From a virus (Duplodnaviria; Caudoviricetes), in IMG/VR virus record IMGVR_UViG_3300012926_000005, positions 1 through 59,548 of that record: a DNA stretch of 59,548 bases. One strand, 5' to 3'. Positions within the stretch are counted from its first letter, which is position 1, and every line of letters begins with the position of its first letter. The notes beneath the pieces were generated by a model. That model saw only the letters and a program-made list of their open reading frames with translations. It was not told the origin of the DNA and searched no databases. Position numbers and translations under genes: made by a program. Positions 1-9,264 of this stretch are shown here, piece after piece.

Positions 1-233
1 CGGTTTTGACTGCTGCCACGCTTCCGGCTGCTCCCATTGCCATTGCAATGCTTGGCACCCTAGGTACGGTTGCAGTTACGTCGTGGGCCAACCAAGCGTC
101 ATTCGGTCGGTACTTCGATGGTAGCGTTATCCTGATGCCGGGTGGTGCGTTGTCTATCCAGACTTCGGCGGCTTCGGGCACTAACGGCCTGCTGTGTGAG
201 TACATCTGGGAAGAAATTCCAATCACAGCTTAA
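1..233 (+). CDS. C-terminal part of a virion structural protein (5'-truncated)
   Basis: Frame open from the window edge (..VLTAATLPAAP..YIWEEIPITA*); composition matches the partial ORF at 59202. Confidence 0.75.
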   Translation, partial: VLTAATLPAAPIAIAMLGTLGTVAVTSWANQASFGRYFDGSVILMPGGALSIQTSAASGTNGLLCEYIWEEIPITA

Positions 234-251
234 CCATTCTGAATCTCCCTT

Positions 252-290
252 GACGGCCCTGTTAGCTTGACGGCGGCAGGGCCGTACTTT
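252..290 (+). terminator. Probable intrinsic terminator
   Basis: ACGGCCCTG...CAGGGCCGT stem followed by ACTTT. Confidence 0.5.
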
Positions 291-311
291 CAAGGTGTGA
301 TGGAGTAGGCC

Positions 312-386
312 ATGAAGAAGATGAAGGGCAAGTGCTACGGCGGTAAGATGGGCAAGAAGATGAAGGGTAAACCAGGGGGTAAGTAG
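312..386 (+). CDS. 24-aa Lys/Gly/Met-rich peptide MKKMKGKCYGGKMGKKMKGKPGGK
   Basis: GGAG RBS upstream; stop abuts the ATG at 388; manual translation. Confidence 0.7.
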   Translation: MKKMKGKCYGGKMGKKMKGKPGGK

Positions 387-387
387 T

Positions 388-1383
388 ATGTCGTGGAGCA
401 CGATGGCCCTAGAACTTTCGGGACAGACACCGTGCCCCTATTTGTTCTGCTTGACTCTGGTAAACCGAGCATGGAAGGACGTGCAGAGAGAGTATCTGTG
501 GTCATTCCTCTGGCTGGACTTCGCCATACCTACCCCTAGTCCCACGGCTACAGGGACGGTTACTACGGCCATCGGCAGCACTCAGGTAACAGGCGATGCG
601 GCAGCATCGGCAGCATGGGCCTTGATACCTCTGTCAACGCCTATCACTTCACAGCAGTTCCGGGTAGGCCAAGGAACTATCTACAACATCATCGCTGTAG
701 ACTTTACCGTTCCTACGGCGGCGGTTTTAACGCTTGACCGTATCTATGTCGATCCGCCTAACGGAGCGGGCCAGGGCTATCAGATTTACGGAGTGTACTA
801 TCATGCTCCGGTAAAAAACTTTGTCTGGTTTGATACTATCCGCGATCCTGTGACCGGGTACACAATAAAGACCACAACGACGCGGCAAGAAGCTGACGAC
901 GCTGATCCGCAAAGACTGATGTACACCTACACGGACTCAGCTTTGCCGTACAAGATCGACTTGACGGCGGGGAGCTTCTACGGCTTTCCCATGTACGAAC
1001 TTTGGCCAGCGCCGACGAACAATCTTACTCTGGTAGCAGAATGTTTTTTAGGTGACGTAGATTTTGATAACACCGTGCCAGGGTCGAGCGATACGGTAAC
1101 GCCTCCGCTGAGTGAAGACGTGGTAATGGAAAAGGCCAAAGAAAAAGCATACGAGTGGTGCGCGGCCAATCTGGATAAACTGAGTCCAGCGGCAAGACGC
1201 GCTGACTTCGCGCTTCTCATGGGACAAGCAAAAGCCGAGTTCAAGCGGCTGATTAACCAGTATATCTTAAAAGATGAAGCCTTCTCGAATCGCAGCCATA
1301 TACCCTACGCGGAGTCAAGAGATTATTTACCAGAACTGCCTTGGGTTTCTATGAGACAGGATATCGGGATATTTCCCGGATAA
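388..1383 (+). CDS. Putative head-tail adaptor / tail tubular protein
   Basis: N-terminal helical 'LVNRAWKDVQREYLWSFL', 'ELWPAPT' motif, helical C-terminus; follows the capsid module. Confidence 0.6.
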   Translation: MSWSTMALELSGQTPCPYLFCLTLVNRAWKDVQREYLWSFLWLDFAIPTPSPTATGTVTTAIGSTQVTGDAAASAAWALIPLSTPITSQQFRVGQGTIYNIIAVDFTVPTAAVLTLDRIYVDPPNGAGQGYQIYGVYYHAPVKNFVWFDTIRDPVTGYTIKTTTTRQEADDADPQRLMYTYTDSALPYKIDLTAGSFYGFPMYELWPAPTNNLTLVAECFLGDVDFDNTVPGSSDTVTPPLSEDVVMEKAKEKAYEWCAANLDKLSPAARRADFALLMGQAKAEFKRLINQYILKDEAFSNRSHIPYAESRDYLPELPWVSMRQDIGIFPG

Positions 1384-1384
1384 T

Positions 1385-2545
1385 ATGAAAAGACTACTTA
1401 CTATCGCTGTGCTTCTGATTCTGTCTAACGTTGGACACTCGCAGTCAAACGTAGGTTCTGGCAGTGCCAGCACTAATGCTGACGGCACTTCACGTGTGGC
1501 CGCAACGCCGACTAGCTTATTCTATGACGGCTTCGAGACTTCTTTTGACACGGGGGCGAAGTGGAATTCCCCTACCAGCGCGGGTGGTGGAGTGGGAGAA
1601 GCATTTGTATCAGGCGGCGGGGCGATCACGTTAGGTACGGGAACGACGATCAACGGTTACAGCTACGTTCAGAGCCAAGTGACCTACCAACCCGTTCCCC
1701 CTGGGTTTTTGGTGTTTGAAGACGCAATCAAAGTTGACACTACGATTCCGGCGAACACGGAAGCATTTTGGGGTTTTGGTACTTCTCCTGCTTCACCTAC
1801 GGCGGCTGTTCCTATCACGGAAGGCTGCGGATTTGAAATACAGTCTTCAGGTACGGCGGGTACGGCTAAGATGTTCGCTGTTTGCTTCGCTGGAAGTACG
1901 CGAAACAATATTCAGGATTTGTCAGCGGCGACGGGAAACAGTAAACAGCCGACAGACGGCAATACGCATGTTTATTTCGTTTACTTCCGTGGCGATAGGT
2001 ATTGGTTTGCGATTGACTCACCTACGAACATAGTGGCACAGCAATTCAATGGAGCTAACGGGCCGAACGTAAACACGCAGCCGTTAAAGATTCAAGCTGT
2101 AGCAGGAACGATTGCTCCTGTATCAAGCCTGACTATTACTGTGGCTTCTGTCTGGGTAGGAGACTCCGGCAGTAACGGAGTCTATTCAGCGGCTTCTGGG
2201 TCACAGGCATCGGCAATACAGACCATTCAGTCAACGGCCACAGAGTCAGGGCATATATTAAAAGGCTCTGCCGGTAATTTTTACGGAGTCGTAGTTACTT
2301 CTACGGTCAATGGCCTAGTGATGATTTTCAATTCTGCGACTGTACCGGGAGACGGAGCGGTGACGCCAATCTACTGTCTACGTCTTACTCCTGACTCTGG
2401 CGGATCAGGGACAGTGAGTATCAGCTTTCTTCCCGGCCCTCCGGCCTTGTTTACTACTGGAATTTCTGTAGCTATGTCCACAGGCACGAATTGTGCCTCT
2501 AAGACGGCGAGTGCAACGGCGTGGATTACGGGGCTGGTGAAATGA
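1385..2545 (+). CDS. Beta-rich virion/fibre-like protein with N-terminal signal peptide
   Basis: MKRLLTIAVLLILSNVGHS-Q; G/S/T-rich, lectin-like central region. Confidence 0.6.
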   Translation: MKRLLTIAVLLILSNVGHSQSNVGSGSASTNADGTSRVAATPTSLFYDGFETSFDTGAKWNSPTSAGGGVGEAFVSGGGAITLGTGTTINGYSYVQSQVTYQPVPPGFLVFEDAIKVDTTIPANTEAFWGFGTSPASPTAAVPITEGCGFEIQSSGTAGTAKMFAVCFAGSTRNNIQDLSAATGNSKQPTDGNTHVYFVYFRGDRYWFAIDSPTNIVAQQFNGANGPNVNTQPLKIQAVAGTIAPVSSLTITVASVWVGDSGSNGVYSAASGSQASAIQTIQSTATESGHILKGSAGNFYGVVVTSTVNGLVMIFNSATVPGDGAVTPIYCLRLTPDSGGSGTVSISFLPGPPALFTTGISVAMSTGTNCASKTASATAWITGLVK

Positions 2546-4335
2546 AGCATATTATTTGCATAGTGCTCCTATCAGGTCTGTGTCTGGGGCAAGCGGTAAC
2601 AGGGACATCGGGTAGCGGCTCGCCATCTGGCACTTCTAATGTCCAGCCGACGTTTGTTAGTAACAGCGCTGCGTCAGTGGTCGGTGCAGGTACGACGCTG
2701 ACTATTACAGCGCCAGCAACCATTACAAACGGCAATGCGCTAGTAATTTTCATGTCAATTTCTGGAGCCGCAAGCGAAACGTTTACTTTTCCTGCGGGAT
2801 TTTCCCAGATTGGTTCTACTCTTAGTTCTGTGGGCAGTGCGAAGATTCAAGTTGCCGCAGCCTGTAAAGTCGCCGCAAGTGAATCCGGAAACTACGTCGT
2901 TAGCTGGAATAACAACACCAATACGGCTGTGGGCTGGATGGTCAACTTGTCCGGTACAAGCTGCACGACGGACGGAGTAGGTACGGCTTCTGGTAATGCC
3001 TCTACGCTCACGGCAACGACTTTCACTCCGACAACGGCAAACGACATTTTTCTTGTCCTAAGTTCTCAGTCTTCTTCTGCTCTTAATTGGGTCAATGTGC
3101 CTGGGAACGTGGTTAAAATAGCGCAGTCCAGCGATTCGTTTTTGGGCTACTTGCCATGGGGTACTGGCGTTTCGCCAGCGGTAAAGATGGCTTATACTCT
3201 GTCTGGGTCGGCCAATGCCAATGACTCAGGTGTTTTTGTTATTGCTTTTCCAGCTACAACGACAGCAACGAATGCCCTGGTAGCCAATTCGTCTTCAGTC
3301 GCGCAAAGGGTCAACAGTATCAACGTGACCAACGGGATAGACGCTGGAGGAAGCATTAAAGGAAGTACTTTTTTAATACCTAATGGAGCTTCCTGCACAT
3401 CAACATCTTCTGGTCTTGATGGTATTTCTGCTGGCGGAAATATAGAGAAATTGCTTTGTATCAACAGTGCTGGTGCCTTGTCCTTAGATGCTGGTGGCGG
3501 ACTGACGTTTGTGAGCACGGCGGGCGGTGCGCGTGGCGGGCCATCGTTCTTGATTAGCAATGGAGCGCTAGCAGGGGTAAGTATCGATGCCAGTCAAGAT
3601 TTACCGATGGCAGATATAACTTCGCCGGGAAACGATTTGGTAGTTGGATGTAAAACTGGAGCACCAGCATCACTTATTAACTGCACTTCAGCATCTCAGT
3701 CCGGGAATATTTACGTGAACGTACAAACTGGACTTGCAGAGTTCTTTCAAGTAAATGACTCTACGGTTTTTGAGGTTGTAGGCGGCGGAACGATATTTAC
3801 TGAGGCTGCTGGGCCTACGAATGTTGCGTCTTCTGGTTCCTTTTGGGAAGATTCAACCGCGCATGAATGGAAGTCATCTACGGCGGGGTCATCTACGCCT
3901 GGTCTATTTGCAAGAGTTCAACCCGGAGTAATCCACCAAACTGCTCAAACAGCGGCAATATCTACAGCAACGCTCTGTGCTTCTTCAGCGGGGGCTTGTA
4001 ATGTTGCTGGAACCTATCATGTCAGTTTTGTCTTCTGGGAAGACGGTACCGCTTGCGCTACTCCGGGTACAGGTGGAGTAACTTTTTTGCTTACATGGAC
4101 GGATTTCAATACAACCTCGCACCCAGCAGTGTCGCTAGGGATGGATGATGCAAGTGCTATTAATGCAGTGTCACAAACTTTCCATTTCCAGACTTCTTTA
4201 GCCGCAGCTTGGGCATCCGGTGATTTTAATATTTCAACCAATGGTGCGATTATCCAGTATGCAACGGGCTATACGGCCTGCGGAGTCGGCACGGGGAGTT
4301 ATGGTTTAGATATTGCGGTTACGAGGGTGAGGTAG
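2542..4335 (+). CDS. Fibre/spike-like S/T/G/A-rich protein with signal peptide
   Basis: ATG at 2542 overlaps the previous stop (ATGA); MKHIICIVLLSGLCLG-Q. Confidence 0.6.
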   Translation: MKHIICIVLLSGLCLGQAVTGTSGSGSPSGTSNVQPTFVSNSAASVVGAGTTLTITAPATITNGNALVIFMSISGAASETFTFPAGFSQIGSTLSSVGSAKIQVAAACKVAASESGNYVVSWNNNTNTAVGWMVNLSGTSCTTDGVGTASGNASTLTATTFTPTTANDIFLVLSSQSSSALNWVNVPGNVVKIAQSSDSFLGYLPWGTGVSPAVKMAYTLSGSANANDSGVFVIAFPATTTATNALVANSSSVAQRVNSINVTNGIDAGGSIKGSTFLIPNGASCTSTSSGLDGISAGGNIEKLLCINSAGALSLDAGGGLTFVSTAGGARGGPSFLISNGALAGVSIDASQDLPMADITSPGNDLVVGCKTGAPASLINCTSASQSGNIYVNVQTGLAEFFQVNDSTVFEVVGGGTIFTEAAGPTNVASSGSFWEDSTAHEWKSSTAGSSTPGLFARVQPGVIHQTAQTAAISTATLCASSAGACNVAGTYHVSFVFWEDGTACATPGTGGVTFLLTWTDFNTTSHPAVSLGMDDASAINAVSQTFHFQTSLAAAWASGDFNISTNGAIIQYATGYTACGVGTGSYGLDIAVTRVR

Positions 4336-4349
4336 GTATAATTTAAGCC

Positions 4350-4784
4350 ATGAAAAATATATCCAAATCATTAGTTGGTTTTGTTGCTCTGATTATGGTT
4401 TGCATTCCGTTGGGGGCAAGTATCTACTTGTCTTCTAGCTATCAGGAAATATTTACGGTAGGCGAATTTTCGGAAAAAAACGATGTCGCCGCTATTGTCG
4501 GCAGTCAGTACAGCCATTCCGCTGGTAGCGTGACGTTCGTCATCCAAGTCGGCCATGCGGACAGCGGTCAATTCAAGCAAGGGTCACACAGCAAAGCGGA
4601 GCGTCTTGCTGTTGATTTAAATACTGGAGAATGGGCTAGTGCTTCAGGTAAACGCGGAAAAGCGGAAGGATCTGTGCTAGGCGACCTGAGACGGGCAGTA
4701 ATCAGTCAGAGAGACGCAGAGGAAGGATTCGTTATTTCTGTCCTATATCCGGGATCAAGGCTTGCAGGAAACGTTGCGAAATAG
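4350..4784 (+). CDS. Exported or membrane-anchored hypothetical protein
   Basis: Hydrophobic N-terminus; TATAAT at 4337-4342 lies 7 nt before the ATG. Confidence 0.6.
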   Translation: MKNISKSLVGFVALIMVCIPLGASIYLSSSYQEIFTVGEFSEKNDVAAIVGSQYSHSAGSVTFVIQVGHADSGQFKQGSHSKAERLAVDLNTGEWASASGKRGKAEGSVLGDLRRAVISQRDAEEGFVISVLYPGSRLAGNVAK

Positions 4785-4798
4785 GATATAATCTACCT

Positions 4799-5107
4799 AT
4801 GAAAAAACTACTCCAATCAATCTTTGGTTTGGCTCTACTGGCTACTGGTTTTGCCTGTGGGCGCTACAAGGCTCCCGTAGTCCACGCTCAAGGTCAGTTT
4901 CTTCAACAGTACGTCCTCGAAGTCAATACCCAGCGCGGCTTTAGCGGCGTCCGTTTTATGAAGAACAACGGAACTCAATTGAACCTTGACGACGGCACGT
5001 GGCTATCAGAGGCCGTTGTTAGTCCAGCAACCGGGTCTACGTTCACAAAGACAGAGGCTTTGCCGAACAGCACGGCGACCTTTACGGAGACATACTCGCA
5101 GCCATGA
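4799..5107 (+). CDS. Exported hypothetical protein (possible lipoprotein)
   Basis: MKKLLQSIFGLALLATGFA-C; TATAAT at 4787-4792 lies 6 nt before the ATG. Confidence 0.6.
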   Translation: MKKLLQSIFGLALLATGFACGRYKAPVVHAQGQFLQQYVLEVNTQRGFSGVRFMKNNGTQLNLDDGTWLSEAVVSPATGSTFTKTEALPNSTATFTETYSQP

Positions 5108-7119
5108 AGTCCAACGTTAGACTAATTGTGTTCCTGGTTATGGCCTGTGCATCCGCATGGGCCAATCAGGCATTTACGGGCAACTGCAACCAAGGAGGAA
5201 CTAAGGCCGTAGTTCAAGGAATTCAGTCAAGCAATAAGCTAGTCGGCAGTTATCCGGGGTGTGTAGTTACGGTTTTCATGCACGGGACTATTACGCTGGC
5301 GGCGATATTTGATGACAGCGGAACACCAATAGCCAATCCTCTCACGGCGTCACTGACTACGGGGCAATTTATCTTCACGGCTGCTAACTCTCGCTATGAT
5401 ATTCAACTTTCAGGAGGCGGGCTTCCTTCGGCGGTGACGATTACTGACGTTCTTTTTAACGACAATGCGTCGGCCAATCCATTTAGCTTCTGTACTGTGA
5501 CTTTCAGTGCAACGCCTACTTTTTCTTCGGCATCTTGCAATATCTTTCAAATGACCTTGACGGGCAATGTCGCGTCATCTATCTATTCGACGGCTACGAG
5601 CGGAGCACAAGCGATATTCATCCTCTGCCAGGACTCAAGCGGCGGGCATACGTTCACTTGGCCGACTACGATGATAGATACTCCGGCGATAAATCAAACT
5701 GCGAGTCAGTGTACTAATGTTTACTTTGTGGCCGATGCGACACCTAAATTTCATGCCGTAGGTGCTGCGGGTGACGGAAGCCATATCGTAGCAACGACAT
5801 TGAATAACGGCGCAGGTAGCGTAACTATTCCGTCCACTGGTTCAGCGGCAATCATTGCCGGAAGCAACGGCATTGTGCCTTCGACGTGCTCTACGAATAA
5901 CTACGTCAATCAGATCAACTCTTCTGGAGTACTAGTCTGCGGTACTCCAGTGACGGCGAATACAGGGACTACGCATCAGTTCTTCAGTTCCAACACTGCC
6001 GGAGGGGTATTTACGGGGACGCAGCCGACGCTATCGGACGTAGCCGCAGGTACGGCCAGTTCTGGAACGTATGACTTCTCTGGAGTGACGGTCTTTAAGA
6101 TTCGTGTAGCTGCTGGACTAACTACGGCGGCTAACGGTGAATGCGGATTTGATTCGACCAATGGGAACTATCACTGCTGGAACGGTGCGGATAACTTTGT
6201 CGGCATGTGGTCAGCTACTCCGACTACTACGGACTGTGTAAAAGCTACAGTCAGCGCCAATAAAGTATCTCTGACGGATAACGGAGGGCCGTGTGCAATT
6301 ACGGTAGCGGCAGTAGCCAGTAACTTCTTGACTAGCTACACTTCAACAACTGGACTGTTTACTAAAGCACAACCTGCCTTCACGGACATTTCTGGATCAG
6401 TAGCAGCCGCGCAATTACCTAACCCGTCATCTACGACTCTAGGCGGGGTCAAGTCGTTAGCTCTAGTAACCAATAAGTTCCTGACTGACATTACGACGGG
6501 CGGGCTTCCGGAAGCCGCACGGCCTGTAGTGGGAGACATCACGCCGGGAACAAATGGCCAGTGCATTAACACGACAGGCGGCGTAAGTGTATGGGGAGCC
6601 TGTGCAGGCACGGCGGGTGTGCAGACTACGGCTACGCCTAACACTGCGGGCGCTACGGTAGCTGGTAATACAACGGCATCTCAAGTTCTATTAGGGCAGT
6701 CGTTTGGTGCCGGGACGTTAAATACTCTAGGATCAACTTTCCGGCTAGAAGGCTACGGTACATATAATGCTGTTAACACAACGGAAACTGTAGCTATCAG
6801 CATTGTAAAGCTGGCAGGAGACGTAATAACAGGACTGTCGGTAGTGCCAGGAACTACGGGGTCGGATTTAAGTTGGCATATAATAGTCACCTGTACGACT
6901 ACGACGACCGGAGCAGCGGGAGTATTGACTTGTCCAACTTCCGGAGAGATAACCAGATCAGCGGGCGGAACTGTTACGGTAGTTCCTTATGCGGCGGCTA
7001 CTATAACAGGAGTAGACCTGACAGGAGCCAATACGTTTTCTATTGCCGCATCGTTTACGACGGCATCGGTCAGCAATTCGGCATCGCAAGCATATTTACT
7101 AGCGTTAAGGATTCAGTAA
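5104..7119 (+). CDS. Tail fibre/spike-like protein with signal peptide and internal repeats
   Basis: Signal peptide ending AWA; then a domain typical of podoviral fibre anchors (VTVF..GT..LA.IFDD..NP.TA..GQF.F.A..RYDI); three FL(T/S)..G....QP..D(I/V) repeats. Confidence 0.7.
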   Translation: MKSNVRLIVFLVMACASAWANQAFTGNCNQGGTKAVVQGIQSSNKLVGSYPGCVVTVFMHGTITLAAIFDDSGTPIANPLTASLTTGQFIFTAANSRYDIQLSGGGLPSAVTITDVLFNDNASANPFSFCTVTFSATPTFSSASCNIFQMTLTGNVASSIYSTATSGAQAIFILCQDSSGGHTFTWPTTMIDTPAINQTASQCTNVYFVADATPKFHAVGAAGDGSHIVATTLNNGAGSVTIPSTGSAAIIAGSNGIVPSTCSTNNYVNQINSSGVLVCGTPVTANTGTTHQFFSSNTAGGVFTGTQPTLSDVAAGTASSGTYDFSGVTVFKIRVAAGLTTAANGECGFDSTNGNYHCWNGADNFVGMWSATPTTTDCVKATVSANKVSLTDNGGPCAITVAAVASNFLTSYTSTTGLFTKAQPAFTDISGSVAAAQLPNPSSTTLGGVKSLALVTNKFLTDITTGGLPEAARPVVGDITPGTNGQCINTTGGVSVWGACAGTAGVQTTATPNTAGATVAGNTTASQVLLGQSFGAGTLNTLGSTFRLEGYGTYNAVNTTETVAISIVKLAGDVITGLSVVPGTTGSDLSWHIIVTCTTTTTGAAGVLTCPTSGEITRSAGGTVTVVPYAAATITGVDLTGANTFSIAASFTTASVSNSASQAYLLALRIQ

Positions 7120-7149
7120 GGTCGGGGGAGTAGCTGAAAGGGAAAGGGA

Positions 7150-7452
7150 ATGAAGCATGAATTTATTGATGCAGCACTTTCTGTCGTGGTTCTCTGTGCT
7201 GGCGGTTTTATTTGGCTTGGCAAGTTGCTTATACGGCGTCATCTGGCTAAGTGGGATGCTATTGAAGCAAAACTTGAAAAACTGGACGAGTGGTACACAG
7301 CCCAGCAAGCCATTGTCCGGCATCCCGTTAAGCTCAACGGCGCTACAACAGAAGGGCATGATGAAGACATCGACAGCGATACGGACATCCTTGATCCTGA
7401 TAGCCGTAAGCTCCATAGGCGGGTACGAAGTCGGCGTCCGCCATCGGAATGA
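7150..7452 (+). CDS. Single-TM protein with coiled coil (possible holin/antiholin)
   Basis: N-terminal hydrophobic helix, charged tail, purine-rich RBS. Confidence 0.5.
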   Translation: MKHEFIDAALSVVVLCAGGFIWLGKLLIRRHLAKWDAIEAKLEKLDEWYTAQQAIVRHPVKLNGATTEGHDEDIDSDTDILDPDSRKLHRRVRSRRPPSE

Positions 7453-7546
7453 CTACGATTCATGGCGTAATGGACTAGTCAGATGGCAGCAGTCTTACGC
7501 TTCATGGGAAGAGAAGTACTCACCCTATATAACTAGAGGAGAATAA
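7358..7546 (+). CDS. Small membrane protein overlapping the previous gene
   Basis: C-terminal part of ORF 7157..7546 from MMKTSTAIRTSLILIAVSSIGG; fills the gap to the next gene. Confidence 0.4.
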   Translation: MMKTSTAIRTSLILIAVSSIGGYEVGVRHRNDYDSWRNGLVRWQQSYASWEEKYSPYITRGE

Positions 7547-7548
7547 CT

Positions 7549-7653
7549 ATGTGTCAAGACCCTGCCCCAAGTCCCACACCGACGCCTACTCCAGTGCCGC
7601 CTCCCCCTCCACCCCCACCGCCTCCCCCTCCACCGTCTCCACTGGAGGAGTAG
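7549..7653 (+). CDS. 34-aa poly-proline peptide (13 consecutive Pro)
   Basis: AGAGGAG RBS; MCQDPAPSPTPTPTPV-P13-SPLEE*; all four Pro codons used. Confidence 0.6.
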   Translation: MCQDPAPSPTPTPTPVPPPPPPPPPPPPPSPLEE

Positions 7654-7667
7654 TCTAACGTTGGACA

Positions 7668-9050
7668 ATGGCATACAACTACATCACGTTTTTGCAGCTT
7701 CGGGGTCAATTAGCTAATAGGCTAAATGACCCTAGTTCTGTTTTCTGGCCTGACACGGAACTAAAGTTTTATATCCAAGATGCTATAGCCTTCTGGAATT
7801 GTCTCACGGGAGACAATAGAACGTCCTACCCTCTCGCTGTAAATCCGGCACAAACATGGTATGACATGCAAACCATTGTCGGCAGTCCAAGGCTTTCTAA
7901 GCTGACAGACCAAGACTGCCTACAGAGATTGACGGCAATGTTGCTTGAGTCTAATTCCGGAGGAAGCGCTAGAGGCGTACTGTCTACGATGCAGTTCACG
8001 ACTACTGTAGGTCAGGTAGCAGGTGCGGCTTACAATCTAGTCCAGTCTCTTCAGCGGAAGCGGGATGAATTCATGTTCCGCACTGGCTGTACGTCTACGG
8101 TCGAGACTTTAAGCGCTACTCCGAACGTTGCGGAAGTTGCTTTACCGCAGACCGTGATTCAGGCGAGAAGGGCTTATTGGCTACCGCAGGACGCTACGCT
8201 GTCTACGGCATTTCCGCTGCCTAAAAACGATGACTACGGGACGACGTGTTATAGCCCGTTTTCTGCTATCACTCCCGGCCCACCGCAAGTATTCTCTGCT
8301 GGCGTAGAGCCGCCATTAAACGTAACGATCACTCCTCCTCCGTTGACGGCGGGTCAGATAGAATTGCTGACGATTGAGTCACAGCAGTTACTACCGCCTA
8401 ATCCTAATGCGTCAAAGTCTCCGGTCTTGATTCCAGTAATAATGTTCATGCCCAATGACTTCACGCCTGGTCTAGTGTGGGGTGCATTGGCAGACTTATT
8501 GATGATTTCGATTGAAGGGCAAGACGTGGAGAGAGCACAATTCGCACGGCAGAGATACGAAGAGTACATTGCTCTGATGTCTAATTACCCGTTTGTCAAT
8601 ACGGCAAGGATCGGGGGTGTTCCAGCGATAGTTGATGCCGTGGAGACATTGGACACATACAGTCCTTCTTGGAGGACAGCGGGTACAAGTCCGCCGATAG
8701 TTGGAATATCAGGGCAGAATCTAATAGCTTTTCCCACGGCGACATTGCAGTCAGTACTATTGAATCTTACGGCCAGCGCGAATATCCCTGTGCTCGATGG
8801 CGACTTCATTCAGTTGGGCGATGAAATCATAGACGTAATTCTGGACGAAGCGGTAAGCGCGGCGATGTGGAAGTGTGGCGGGGCAGAAGCGGCAGCGGCG
8901 TTTAATCTTCATGGCAATATAATCAAGCTAGCCGCAAAACGCCGTGACAAGATTAGAGCTATGGCGATATTTGCAGATGTGCTATCATCTAGGCCACAAA
9001 GAGAAAACGAATTTGCGCCGATGGAGACAGTGAATGAAACAACTGATTGA
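7668..9050 (+). CDS. Putative tail adaptor/connector protein
   Basis: 'TFLQLRGQLANRLND...FWPDTELKFYIQDA' N-terminus typical of adaptor-like proteins; repeated helical units. Confidence 0.6.
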   Translation: MAYNYITFLQLRGQLANRLNDPSSVFWPDTELKFYIQDAIAFWNCLTGDNRTSYPLAVNPAQTWYDMQTIVGSPRLSKLTDQDCLQRLTAMLLESNSGGSARGVLSTMQFTTTVGQVAGAAYNLVQSLQRKRDEFMFRTGCTSTVETLSATPNVAEVALPQTVIQARRAYWLPQDATLSTAFPLPKNDDYGTTCYSPFSAITPGPPQVFSAGVEPPLNVTITPPPLTAGQIELLTIESQQLLPPNPNASKSPVLIPVIMFMPNDFTPGLVWGALADLLMISIEGQDVERAQFARQRYEEYIALMSNYPFVNTARIGGVPAIVDAVETLDTYSPSWRTAGTSPPIVGISGQNLIAFPTATLQSVLLNLTASANIPVLDGDFIQLGDEIIDVILDEAVSAAMWKCGGAEAAAAFNLHGNIIKLAAKRRDKIRAMAIFADVLSSRPQRENEFAPMETVNETTD

Positions 9051-9264
9051 AGACCACTTTCGGGAACTTCTGCTATGTAGCATGGCGCTAATCTTTGCCA
9101 TGATAGCGGTGTGGACGATTAAACATGACGCTACAGAGGCGTTTAAATGGTCGTCCGCAGCCGTTACGACGCTCCTTGGGGCGTTATTGATGCTTATGCG
9201 TGGCCCAAGTACAGAAGCCCCTCCTAAGGCGAAGTCCGACGTTGGACAAGAGGAAAAGAAGTAG
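9034..9264 (+). CDS. Two-TM small protein, holin candidate
   Basis: Two hydrophobic helices and a charged C-terminus. Confidence 0.45.
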   Translation: MKQLIEDHFRELLLCSMALIFAMIAVWTIKHDATEAFKWSSAAVTTLLGALLMLMRGPSTEAPPKAKSDVGQEEKK

